Shown here in pieces: positions 52,111 to 64,000 of a DNA stretch of 64,000 bases. Origin of the DNA: Octopus bimaculoides (taxonomy: Eukaryota); the NCBI RefSeq assembly GCF_001194135.2, contig NC_068990.1:57211079-57275078 (forward strand), written 5' to 3'. Positions within the stretch are counted from its first letter, which is position 1, and each line of letters begins with the position of its first letter. The notes below the pieces were generated by a model that saw only the letters and a list, made by a program, of their open reading frames with translations, had not been told where the DNA came from and did not search any database. Made by a program: the position numbers and the translations under genes.

Positions 52111-52938
52111 TAGCAGCTAAATCCCAGTGAAACTACATCCCATTAGCTTAAAAAGTAGAAAAAAATTTGGTTAATGGAATCCTAGATAAACAATAAAGGC
52201 ATTAAAAAAAGGGGGGATAGTCACAGATGGATTGTCTTCAATCAGAGGTCTACTCATTGTGGATTAACTACAAGACAATGAATAAAAGGTAGGTACTCTG
52301 TTGGAATGGAATGCAAGACTATTTTGTTAATGTTTCAGTGACATAACTTTTGGAGCAGAAGTAAAGATGCCAAGATATTAACTACAGAAATGTGGGTTCA
52401 ATTCAGAATTGTACTGTTACCTATAACATTCAGTTTCCATCAACCAAGCCCACACACAAGGCTTTAGTTGGCCCAAAGTGCTGTATAGTGGAACTTAACT
52501 GAAAACCACATGGTTGGGATGCAGGCTCCTTAACCACATATCCCAGCATATACTATAAGCATAAGCAGATTTTGAGTGTCAAATTGTTCATAATAGTGCC
52601 ACTCATTTTAAATTCAGCACTCACTTTAAACTATATGTTTTCTGCAGAAGGCGTCCCTGGAAAATTTTCCAATTTCATTATTTTAAATTATATGATGAGT
52701 GAATGTTTTCACTTCTCAGTTATTCCAAAATCTGTAATACTCTGCTTCAGCATGGTGTTCAGAATTAGACTAAGACATGCCCAGAGTTCACTGTAGTTGC
52801 CAACGCTCACACTCACCCCATACTGCATACACCTCATTCAAGTTTTAATCGATTATGATTTTACAGTTGTCTCCCTTATCTTTTTGAGCATGAATTATCA
52901 TTAATGCTAATGATTATCCCTTTCAGTATAAACCTAAC

Positions 52939-52986
<48 letters not shown>

Positions 52987-53559
52987 TGTGTTAAATTACA
53001 ACCCCCACCTCACTTAACTACATGCTATTTTTATATAATTACAAAGCAAAAATTTGCTAAAAGTCATTGAATTGTTCTCACTCCAGGGAACGTAAGTTAG
53101 ACAGACTGTTGCGAGACAGATTAGGTTTATTCACTAGGTTGCATCCATGAATTGACTCACAACAACAAAAGTAATATACAATATAATAAGAGCAGTAGGA
53201 TCAAGGCAACAGTTTGCATTTCTGTTCAATTGGTCAATTATGTTACTCTGCTTTTCTGTGATAATCACTCAAAGCCTTTAAACCGAATCTGTGACTGGAG
53301 CCAGGATGTCGTTAAAGACACATCTCATCCAATCCTGTGGTACTTTTTGTTTATGTACATAGAATAAAGCTACTGTGAAGCCACGAGCTGCAGCAGCTAG
53401 CTAAATACTTTGTTATGGCTAATCCAGTTTCAATTTGATCAGGGACCTAGAAATAAAGGGTTGCTCTCAGATCACATTTTTACAGCTGGATAGCTTTCCA
53501 AACAGCAAAATTCTTTTTTTTAGTCATCCATTTATTTATATTTATGAGAGTGATTTTAC

Positions 53560-53638
53560 ATTAATAACAACAATAGTAGCAGAAATAGCAACAATAATAA
53601 TAATAATGATAAGAATAGTAATAACATTTATAATAATA

Positions 53639-53687
<49 letters not shown>

Positions 53688-53715
53688 TAATGGTGATGAT
53701 GATAATAATAATAAT
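53560..53715. repeat. (TAA)n compound microsatellite
   Basis: Direct. Confidence 0.95.
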
Positions 53716-54492
53716 ACTTCCTGCTTCTATGATATGTTTGCTTCATTTAATTGTTTCCCAAGAAATGTCATATAGAATTATCTTTTAGAAAGCTCAGTAA
53801 GATAATATCATAGCTGATTAATTAATTCCATTGTTGATATGTTTCCTGGGATAATAATGAAATATATAATATTATTAATGAGGAATTAAGTAATGTTGAA
53901 TTGTTTACTGCACTGATCAGAAAGGTCACTAAGAAAGTTGATGGTTTAAGCTGTTGAAAAAATAAATAAAATTCTCAGTCAGAAGATTCAATTTAGATAT
54001 TTTAGCATCTTAATTGAAAATTGTTTCACTGAGGCTGAAATATAATGAAATCAAGGAATTAATTTCAATTGATGCTGGTTTTACATCTGTACAAGCCAAT
54101 ATGTAATGCAGCTTGTGATCTAATATTTTACTGTGAGGGTTTTGCTTGCTACATGTAACAAGCGATTGCTTCTATTTTATTATCAAAGGGATATTTACTG
54201 TTGAATGTCATATCACTTGAGACTTGAGCATTACTTAAATGGTTAGGAGTCTCATATGGGTTTTATTCAATTAATTGATCTAATGCTAATTCATAACTAG
54301 GAGTAAATTATTTGTTGAAATTGTATTAGGATATTTCTGAAAGCATTCATACAAATGATTTGAAAATTTCATTGAAAAATATGCATCGAAAGCTAACTAC
54401 TTTTAGAAACAATATATTTATATGCATATATTGTATAATGCAAAAATGATAATATTTTAAAAAGGACTGTAAACTTAATAATAATAATAATA

Positions 54493-54663
54493 ATTGGTGC
54501 ACTTGGGACCATCTCAAAGAGAGCAATATTCTGGCATCAAAAGCTGCAAATACAAAACTCCATAGGAAGCATTCAGTTGGCAGCAATACTTGGAACAGCT
54601 CATGTGTTGAGAAAAATGTTGCGTGAGGCTGAGATGTGACATAAATAAATCAGAAGTTAAGTG
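54493..54663 (+). mobile_element. 3' tip of an R4/Dong-clade LINE within (TAA)n
   Basis: IGALGTISK...QLAAILGTAHVLRKML; TAA runs on both sides. Confidence 0.75.
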
Positions 54664-54688
54664 AATAATAATAATAATAATAATAATG

Positions 54689-54724
<36 letters not shown>

Positions 54725-54747
54725 CAAAACACAAACAACTTGAGATA

Positions 54748-55426
54748 ATATGTGTATGGGGAGAAGGTGTTAGCAAAATGTAGAGTGTGTAGAATTTGGG
54801 ATGAAGCAGTGGCACACATTTTTGCAGAATGTTCCAAGTTATCTCAGGGAAAATATAAGGAATGAGGCATGACCAAGTTGTGGAAGTTTTGCACTAGAAG
54901 CTTTGTCAGAAACGGGGATCTGAAGCTGGACATATTTGTTATAATCGTTGGGTTGAAAGTGAGCTGGAGTGGGAGAAATGTAAAATTTTATGGGATTTTC
55001 CAATTCAAACAGTTAAGAAGCTAGAAAATAATAGACAAGGAAAAGCGAAGTTGTTCACTAATTTATTCATTATGTCCATTTGATTTCAGGATAGTAAAGA
55101 AAGAAGATGAAAACTTAAAAAGTACAATCTTTTAAACTTTGAAATTTTAAGAATATGGAGTAAGAAAACATTAAAGGTTGTGCCTATAATAATTGGTATA
55201 TTAGAAACTGTGAGTAGTGATATGGTAAATGGGTGGAGGAGATTGGATTAGAATGTCCTGTAGAGTTTCTATAGTAACTTTGCATCTTAAGGACAGGAAA
55301 GATTATCAGAAGGGTTTTGAGTGCTTGAAAGATTAATGAAAGTTTGTGGATACGTAAGTTTACAGGTAGTAACCTGCTACCAACATAAATTCTTCCAGGA
55401 ATAGGAAAAAACCTGAGTAAAACTGA
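54748..55426 (+). mobile_element. R4/Dong-clade LINE, CCHC plus REL endonuclease region, decayed
   Basis: KCRVCRIWDEAVAHIFAECSKL, RHDQV, KILWDFPIQT, PFDFRI..KE, VVPIIIG, KIIRRVL; followed by TAA repeats. Confidence 0.85.
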
Positions 55427-55851
55427 ATAATGATAATAATAATAATTCTTTCTACTACAGGCACAAGGCCTGAAAATTTTTAGGGTATAGGGCTAATGTA
55501 TAACTGGTACTTACTTCATCAACCCCAAAAGGACAAAAGGCAAAGTCGACCTTGGGAGGATTTGAACTCAGAATGTAAAGACAGATGAAATGCCACCCAG
55601 CATATTAACAGTTCTACTAGCTCATGGTGATCAAGATGATGATAGTGAAGATGATAATGATATATATANNNNNNNNNNNNNNNNNNNNNNNNNNNNNNNN
55701 NNNNNNNNNNNNNNNNNNNNNNNNNNNNNNNNNNNNNNNNNNNTATATAAATAACAGAAAGTAGATTCTTTGCAAATAGAGATCAAAATCTAGTTTCAAT
55801 TCCTGGTTCACCTTATTTCATTTCACTTGCATGATTTATTTTAATTTTATT

Positions 55852-56154
55852 TATGCACCCTTTTCAAGCCTAGCCAGGAACATGGGCTCGGTTTCCCGGT
55901 TTCTATGGTGTATGCATTCCCCCAGCTGGACAGGATGCCAGTCCATCGCAGCATTACTCAAGAAACAGGAAGAAAGAGTAAGAGAAAGTTGGGGCGAAAG
56001 AGTACAACAGGGGTCACCACCACCCACTGCTGGAGCCTCGTGGAGCTTTAGGCGTTTTCGCTCAATAAACACACACAATGCCCAGTCTGGGAATGAAAAC
56101 CACAATCCTCCGACCGCGAGTTTGCTGCCCTAACCACTGGGCCATTGCGCCTCC
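55852..56154 (-). mobile_element. SINE with a family C head but a different 3' module
   Basis: Head and first ~170 nt match 39845; then GCTGCGATGGACTGGCATCCTGTCCAGCTGGGG...GAAACCGGGAAACCGAGCCCATG. Confidence 0.85.
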
Positions 56155-56682
56155 TGCATGATTTATAGTTAGTACAATCAATAGCAGATTGAAGTACTGC
56201 TGTAATTTTCAGTGGTTCCTGTACATCACTAATCATATATCATAAATTAGCTTAACCTGCTACATTAAAGTCATCTTAAGGACTGCATTTTAATCAGCCC
56301 TTGACTACTTTTAGTGGGATTTGGGTCGCTGGTCGATGGATAACTGACTCCCATATTACTATCAGCTTCAAAACCCTTGGAAAACGTCATTTGCATTGAA
56401 TTTTCTTCTTTGCTGCTGACTAAAATTTAATTTTTTTTTTTTCAAAAATGTTAAAAACCCTTTAACAGATTTTATTACTGGAAAGAAGACAATACAATTT
56501 GATGGTATCACTTCCATTACAACTAACCTCCAGAAACCTCTTTACCCCATTTCAGAAATTAATAAGATTAAACCCACATCAGTAGATTCAAAACACATAA
56601 AAAGGGATCTTCTACTACAATACTTAAAACTGTAAGTAGTACCAGCTAGATCCCACTATAAGCTCACGTAGTAATTTCTTAC

Positions 56683-56714
56683 AAAAAGCAAGACGTTAGC
56701 TTGTTGCCTTATAT
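56683..56714 (-). CDS. Weak candidate exon, xIRQQANVLLF
   Basis: ctcattttcatttcag| ... TTT|gtaaga; single open frame, phase 1 to 0. Confidence 0.25.
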
Positions 56715-57982
56715 CTGAAATGAAAATGAGTCATGGCTGGTGTGCATTTAATCCCATTTCCTTGTGATCATGACTTGACCTGGGGTTTTGCAGAAATATT
56801 ACAAGAAAACATTACTGAACATCGTGGGATTCCATAATCATGTATATAAGTTTAAAAGTTGTATTTTTCTCTCTTTATATGTGTGTCTTGGTGACTCCTT
56901 GCCTTGATAATTGTAAATGTGTGTCACCATCAGGCAAAGAGTGTCCTTTGTTTTCAACCTTTCATGGAAATATATCTGTTCATAGGAAAATATCCTTTTC
57001 TACTCTAGGCACAAGACCTGAAATTTTTGGGGAGTGGGGGCCAGTCAAATAGATCAGCCCAGTATGCAACTGGTACTTACTTTATTGATCCCAAAAGGAT
57101 GAAAGATAAAGTCGACCTCAGTGGAATTTAAACTCAGAACGTGAAGATAGACAAAATACCACTAAGCATTTTGTGTGGCATGCTAACATTTCTGCCAGCT
57201 CACCACCTTTAAAAGGTCTTAAGAAAATATCAAAAATCCACTCACAAAGCTTAGGGTAGCCTTAGACTATAGCAAAAGGCACTCACCCAATGTGTCACAA
57301 AGTGGGACTGAACTCAGAACCATGTTTTTGGGAAGCAAACTTCTTACCATAAAGCCACACCCACACCTTTATTCAATAATTAAGATTGCAACACACATGC
57401 TGGTTTAAGTTTGAAAAAGAACCAGTCCATCCTAGTTACATTATTTAAGGAAAGCAACACATCTTAATATTATGAAGCTCATGATGCATCTGTGTTTCTT
57501 TTGCTGTTTCTTGTTTGAAATTCGTACTTTTAATATCTAATAACATGGTAAACTAGGGAAGAGTTATACAAATTTTCACCATCATATGAGGTAAAATTCA
57601 TATNNNNNNNNNNATTCGTACTTTTAATATCTAATAACATGGTAAACTAGGGAAGAGTTATACAAATTTTCACCATCATATGAGGTAAAATTCATATGGT
57701 TATAAATCAAACTGAGGCCAAAGAACTAGTTTAAAGGAGATATTGGGGGGGGGGGAGTTCACTAACTAATAAATACTGGTTTCACATTTTGGTAAAATCC
57801 CAGTAGTTTCAGGTGAGTGGGTAAGTTAATTACATCGACCCCATTGCTCAACTGGTACTTATTTTATCGACTCCAAAAGGATACAATGCAAAGCTGACAT
57901 CAGCAGAACTTGAATCCAGAAAGTAAAGATGATCATCTTGTCCCACGTGCTAAAGGTGAGCAGCTTGTCCGGCATGCTAACG

Positions 57983-58219
57983 ATTCTTATTTCTTTATTG
58001 CCCACAAGGGGCTAAACATAGAGGGGACAAACAAGAACAGACAAACGGATTAAGTCGATTACATCGACCCCGGTACGTAACTGGTACTTAATTTATCGAC
58101 CCCGAAAGGATGAAAGGCAAAGTCGACCTGGGCGGAATATGAACTCAGAATGTAATGGCAGACGAAATACCGCTAAGCATTTCGCCTGGCGTGCTAACGT
58201 TTCTGCCAGTTCGCTGCCT
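57983..58219 (-). mobile_element. Young full-length SINE A
   Basis: CpG-rich copy ending (element sense) TAGCCCCTTGTGGGCAATAAAGAAATAAGAAT; inserted into an older SINE A. Confidence 0.9.
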
Positions 58220-59756
58220 GGCATGCTAATAATTCTGCCAGCTGACAACCTTCATTAATTTACAAATGTTGAGAAAAACCTCTACTATATATAGGAAGCT
58301 GAATTGGAGTCACATACAATAATCACCTATAACGAGATGCATTTGGTTAAACAGAAACACAGCTAACTTTTTTTGTTATCACATTTGCATGAAAACGAGG
58401 TTTGTAACTAGTTGTAATGAATCATAGAGTGTATAATATGAAAGAAATTTGTTTACTTCATATTTTCTGTCATTTAACCAAGGGATAGGACAGCACCCAT
58501 CATCTTTTACAGGGTCACTGATATTGTTGGAAAGAAGAATGGCAAGAATTCTCAAGCCAATGACTTAGTTCAAATGCAGAATAGACTCATTTAAATGCTC
58601 CTAAGAACCATCCAAGTTGACCCTTGCTAGTTTAGAACCTTGAGTAATATAACTTATCATTTGAATTTCTACAATATATAAGTATGAAATATTGAATTAA
58701 AATGTTAAGGTGGTGAGCTGACAGACTCATTACAGCACCAGGCAAAATGCTTTGCAGCATTTCATCTGTCTTTCCATTCTGAGTTCAAATTTGCTTTTCA
58801 TCCATTTGGGGTTAATGAAATAAGTACTACTTGAGAACTGGGGTCAATGTAATTGACTTACTTCCTCCACCAAAATTGCTGGCCTTGTGCCAAAATTTGA
58901 AACCAATATTAAATTAAAATGTTAAGTCAGTCTTCATCTAACTATTAATTATTGGTCAGTCTGCATGTGTGCAAGTGTGTGTGTGTGTATGTGTGTGTTT
59001 GCGTGTGTGTGCGTGTGTGTGTGTGTGTGTGTGAGTGTGCATGCATATGTGTTTGTATGTCTGCATGTGCATGTGCATTTCAAAGCCTGCAGCATCAATT
59101 ACACATGTACACAAACACACATACTTACATGCATACATAAATGCATACATAAATACGTATGTACATAAATATGCATGTACATACATATACACACACATAT
59201 ATACATACATACATACGTATTACATATATACTTACATATATATTTCTTAAGTGAAGTGAATTATTACTAAAAGATTTTGATAAAGAAAAGCTATTTTGCA
59301 ACCGTATGTGTTTGCTTACATCCTATATTTCAAGTGCAATAACAATATTTAAACAAAGTTAAGCAAACAGTCTATCCATCTAAAAGGTGTAAGAATGTAA
59401 ACAAAATAAAATAAACTCAAGTGGTTTGTTCTAAAGATTATTTCACTGCATGTTTAAAGGAAGCAAACAATTTTTGCTCATCAAATCTGATTTGATTGCC
59501 TTATAATGTCAACTACTTTGATTGCGTACAAAAGGGACAAGTGTGAAGGTATTCATGAAATTACTCTGTGTTTGCAGGAACAAATGTCAAGTTGACATTT
59601 GTGGGTGGGGTATGGGACTGAACGACTTGACAATATGGGCTTAAAACCCAATGATTGCAAAAGGAAATAACTTAGTAGTCATATCCCAAAGCACTTTGGA
59701 ATTTGTAATGCAGAATATTGCAGCCGTTTGAACAAGTGATACACTTCGCAGCTCAC

Positions 59757-59824
59757 TGGCACAGACCAGCGGCAAATAATCAATTTTCTCATCAACCATT
59801 AACTGAAGCCCCATTGTAGGGAAG
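59757..59824 (-). CDS. Weak candidate exon, FPTMGLQLMVDEKIDYLPLVCA
   Basis: Part of a 69-codon open frame; donor A|gtgagc; acceptor weak. Confidence 0.2.
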
Positions 59825-60377
59825 CTGAGTATGCTGCCATCTTTTTGGTATTACTATTAACATCTCATTATACACTGCCATTAGTGTCTTTGTCTCAGCT
59901 TATTTCTGTGTAGTTCATAACTAACTTTGATAAATCAGTTACTAGTGTACTGTAATGGTTTTGGTTTATCCACTTGATGGGTTAAGGATACTTTTTTCCC
60001 CTTGTAATTTATTACTATCACTGATGTAAATTAATGACTAATTCCTTGTGATGAGGAATTTACCTAGACTACTAACTAAAGCTATTTGTAGCTGCATAAT
60101 TAATTACATACCAAGATAATCTGATTACCAATCAACTGAGAGATGGGGTTTTTGTAGCAGGAGAAGTAATGGTATTTTTATCTGTGGAATCACAAGAGAA
60201 ACCAATGAACTAATCCTTAATTGAATGTGGAGGGAATGATTTTATTCAGTTAACTCATAGTACTTTTACCTATTAGGTTTATTACAGGATCTGATAAATT
60301 AATCTCTAAACAACAGTAAAATGAAGAATTACATTGCAGAGCGATGAATGTTATTTTTAACTATGTATTTCGCTCAC

Positions 60378-60436
60378 ATTTTGTCATCAAAATTAAACAA
60401 AGCTTGAAGCATATGAGAAAAGTCATATGCATAGAC
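60378..60436 (-). CDS. Weak candidate exon, VYAYDFSHMLQALFNFDDK
   Basis: Donor AT|gtgagc; weak acceptor; phase-compatible with 59824. Confidence 0.2.
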
Positions 60437-61641
60437 CTATATTTACACACACATTTCTATCTTCAGCTATTGTAAGATATTTCTATACCATACATACATA
60501 ACCTGTAAGAAATTTAACATGTATGAAATTTTGGTACAATATAGATACTGTAATATAATACAGGAAAGAATTTCCTGGACCAACACTGTACTGTGGTTAT
60601 TTCCTCCCCGTCCCCCGACAACTCCCTTATTGTATTTCTATTGCCCATACGTCCTGTCTATAAGTTAAACAATATCAGCATAGTGAAAGCTACCAATTTC
60701 GGCACTAGTCACTAAGAACTAAAGAGAGAGGTTATTAGATTTGTCAGAGATAAGTTAATATTAGCCTCAAAGCCAAAATTATCACCATTCATGGTTTTCA
60801 GAAGAAAGCGTAAATTTAATAAGAGTTTAGAGAAAAAGTTTGTCTTTATTCAGAAAATAAAACTCTCAAGAAGAATATGAAGAGTAGTTCAAAGACTGAA
60901 ACAAAATTTTCTGTAGCTCATAGTCCTTTGTAGGATATTAGCAGTCATAATAAATCTAACAAACACCAGAAAGATTTCAATATGACCAACTGAAGTAAAT
61001 CAGTTATATCAATTTTCAGAGACTTGAGATGCAAGATTTCAATTACTTTTTCTAGTTGTAGAAACTACAAATATAAACAAAATTGTAGAATTGGAGTTAC
61101 ATATGTATGCACAATTATAGAAGTAGGGAAGCTTGCTGTTCATCAAAATTTATAAATAATTTTAATCAAAAACTGAGTTACACTGATACTAACACCAAAG
61201 GCATTATCTATACATAAAATTTCTTCAGCTGCAAAATAAATTAAGAGTTATTCTAGTGAAAATAATTCTATTTATATATTCTTCCCCAGATATTTTCAAT
61301 TACTTTGTGATATTGATGTTTCCTGTTTTAAGCCTTAAAAAGTTATTAACATGTTTAAAATGAAAATCATCAATTTGTAATTTAATATATTTCAATAATT
61401 TCTGACTAAAATAATTCCTCTTATTAACCCTTTTAAATGTTATAATCGTTAAATATATAACTTTATTGTTACACTTTATAAAAGTTTGGAAAATTTTTGA
61501 TGCTGTGTGATAAAAAATAGGAAAAACAAAGACCTTCATCCTTGTCTTTTATTCAATTTAACATTCGCTTCCCTTTCTCATCTGTTTCATGAGTTTTTAA
61601 AACAGTGTCATCACCGTCCTCATCACTACAACCAGCACCCA

Positions 61642-61678
<37 letters not shown>

Positions 61679-62089
61679 CCAACATTATCATTGGCAATCC
61701 GATTTTCCAGGCTGGTATGGGATGGACAGGATTTTCTGAGGCAGTATAGTTATGACGAATATCTATTGCATCAGCCAACGTGAGAGTCTTTTATCTTGTC
61801 CCTTGACCAGCAATCAAGTCTTCTTCAAATCAAACCCTACTGTCTTAAAGCAGAATGCATTAGATAATGGGTTCCTATGTGCTCTGTACATAAGAAAATG
61901 ATAAAAGATGATGATAAAGATGTTTTTGGTCATAAGAAAAACTGGATGCCTTTCCTGTCTCCAATCTTTTTAGATACTTCCTATGCCATGCAAGGGCATA
62001 GTGTATCTATTCTGAAACTGGGATACACACAGTAATGAGTTTTTAATGTATCATCTCTCTATTAGACTTGATACAACATTATCTTGTTA

Positions 62090-62298
62090 TTAACCATTTA
62101 GTATTCAGATTACTCTGTCAAATGCAATGCTTATTTATTCACATTGTTTTGAACTAATCCTGCATTTTGATGAGATATTGAGGAGATAACTGTTAATTTT
62201 TTAATGATATTGTTGGTTTGGTGTGAGAGGCCAAATCTGGCCAGTTTGAGCATAAAACAGCTGGAATATTTTGGCCGGTTTAAATGCTAAAGGGTTAT
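62090..62298. mobile_element. piggyBac-type MITE (opposite orientation)
   Basis: TTAACCATTTAGTATTCAGA ... AAATGCTAAAGGGTTA. Confidence 0.75.
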
Positions 62299-64000
62299 AC
62301 TAACTATTCCCAGATATGAGCCTGCCATGTTTTTTACTTAAGTCATTACTTTTCGACCAGGGTCCATGTAGGAAGTTGTTATTGAAGTTTATGTGCAGTA
62401 AATTGGTTATTCTTCTACAATACACAAAATATTTTAACAGTTTTTTGATACACTTTCTAATGATATTTTAATTATTAAAATATAACAGAAATTTATTTAA
62501 TATTGATTGGGTACAAGGGTTCAGTAGAGTAAAATAGGTATTAAAGAGGTCCATAGGTAAAAACTGGTTTAGAACCACAGACTCAGGTCAACTTGAGCCT
62601 AGCATGATTGTTGCTACTCGCTACTGTTAACCCATATAACTGGTTTCCCAAATATACGTTATCTATTTGCATTGCATGTTCATACCATCACTTCTGGCTC
62701 CCTTGAACACTCTGGAAAATCTGTTTTACATCCTGTCTCTTTCACTCATTTTCTTTCGTAAATTAACATTGCAAATCCAACAGATTGCATGAATGTTATT
62801 TCTGTCTGAATAACTAGATCAATAGAACCTATACTGAATGTAAACTTCTTGTCATTTCTGTTGGGCCTACTGACTTGTTTATATGATCATTATACAACTT
62901 TCACTCATTGTTTGAAGTATTTTACAGAATGTATAATTTCTAGTCCTCTCTTCAAAACATTTATTACTTGAGTCAACATGGAAACATCATATATTGTCAC
63001 TTGACCTGTTAGAAATACCAGCAAAAATCTTCTTCAAATTATATCCTATGCTCTTTAGACAGAACATATTAGAGAATGGGTTCCTGAGGCACTCTGTGCA
63101 TAAGAAAAGATAAAGGGTGATGGTGAAGATGTTTTTTGCCATAGTTCTACTTGGTGAACACAGATTTGGTGCTAAATAGCAACAACAATAACAATGGCAG
63201 CTGCTTTTTTTAAAAATAGTATCTACAGATTTTTAGCTACAGTTCTTATTATCTATGTAAGCTTTACCTTATTTTGTGAGGGTTCTTTGATACAGATTGA
63301 ATCTCCATGAAATAGAATTCTTATCTCTGTAAATGCAATTTTGATTAAGGTTCTCAAAACAATTAAATGAATATAATGTAAATTTGGTAAATGTTCAAGA
63401 AAAATATCTAAAAAAAATTTAAAGAATTAACCAAAGCAATGATGAAGTAAGGAAAACAATTGTAATGCAATTCATATTTTCATAAATTCTATAGGTGCAA
63501 CAGTTTGTGCCAATTTTAAGGAGGAAAAATATTTTGCCCAAATTTCTTTAAACTAAGGAAGAACACTGGGTAAGGCCTATTTAAAAACTCTTTTTATTTT
63601 CTTTTTTTTTGTGTAAAATATATTTGATTAAAAGTCAGAGTACAAGAGAATATTTTGCAACCAAATAATTTAGCTTCTCAAATAAAAAAGAACATCTGTT
63701 ATACATACTTGTAGGGAGATTTCTAAAAACAAAAACACAAAAAGAGACTAATGGAATAAGTATAAAACTTTACAAAAATAAGCACTGGGGTTGTTGATTC
63801 ATTTGAATGAAATTCTTCAAGGTGGTGCCCCAGCATGGCTGCTGTCTAGTGATTAAAACAAGTAAAAGTTAAAAGACAAAAGATTATAATGAAAATAGTT
63901 ATTTATAGACCAAATAACTATAAATAACTATATACAATATTGTGACTGTCTACTTGTTATAACACCCTGATAAAAAGTGGATTTAAAATGCCACTTAAAG

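Noticed and set aside
57520-57697. Exact 84-bp direct repeat; likewise 13371-13440
   Set aside because: The copies flank 10-N gaps: unmerged contig overlaps, an assembly artefact.

Overview
AT-rich, gapped eukaryotic genomic DNA with dense (AT)n/(CA)n/(TAA)n/(CAT)n microsatellites and about eleven N gaps. The SINE/LINE repertoire matches what I recall of octopus (coleoid cephalopod) repeats; this species assignment is inference. Most of the window is transposon debris: three tRNA-headed SINE families; RTE, L1/Tx1, R4/Dong and CR1/Jockey-type LINE fragments; mariner, DD37D/DD41D-type Tc1/mariner and Chapaev3-like transposase remnants; and pogo- and piggyBac-type MITEs. No long intact ORF exists, and most ORF-track entries are microsatellite, gap or TE artefacts. 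By hand I find a phase-compatible chain of small minus-strand exon candidates (about 60.4 kb down to 8.7 kb). It could be one unidentified gene, but splice-like motifs are common by chance here, so confidence is low to moderate. A second minus-strand gene may start at 1184 (YY1 motif overlapping an ATG, an E-box and a perfect donor), inside a tandem duplication. The most striking structures are a complete type I hammerhead-ribozyme fold with two CpG-decay hits in its core (4174-4257), a ~210-nt near-perfect foldback (6414-6625), an intact PHD-type finger inside the RT region of an RTE LINE, and a 3' tail shared between a SINE and an L1/Tx1 LINE, both sitting in ATT/TAA microsatellites. No prokaryotic features, CRISPR arrays, rRNA or bona fide tRNA genes were seen.
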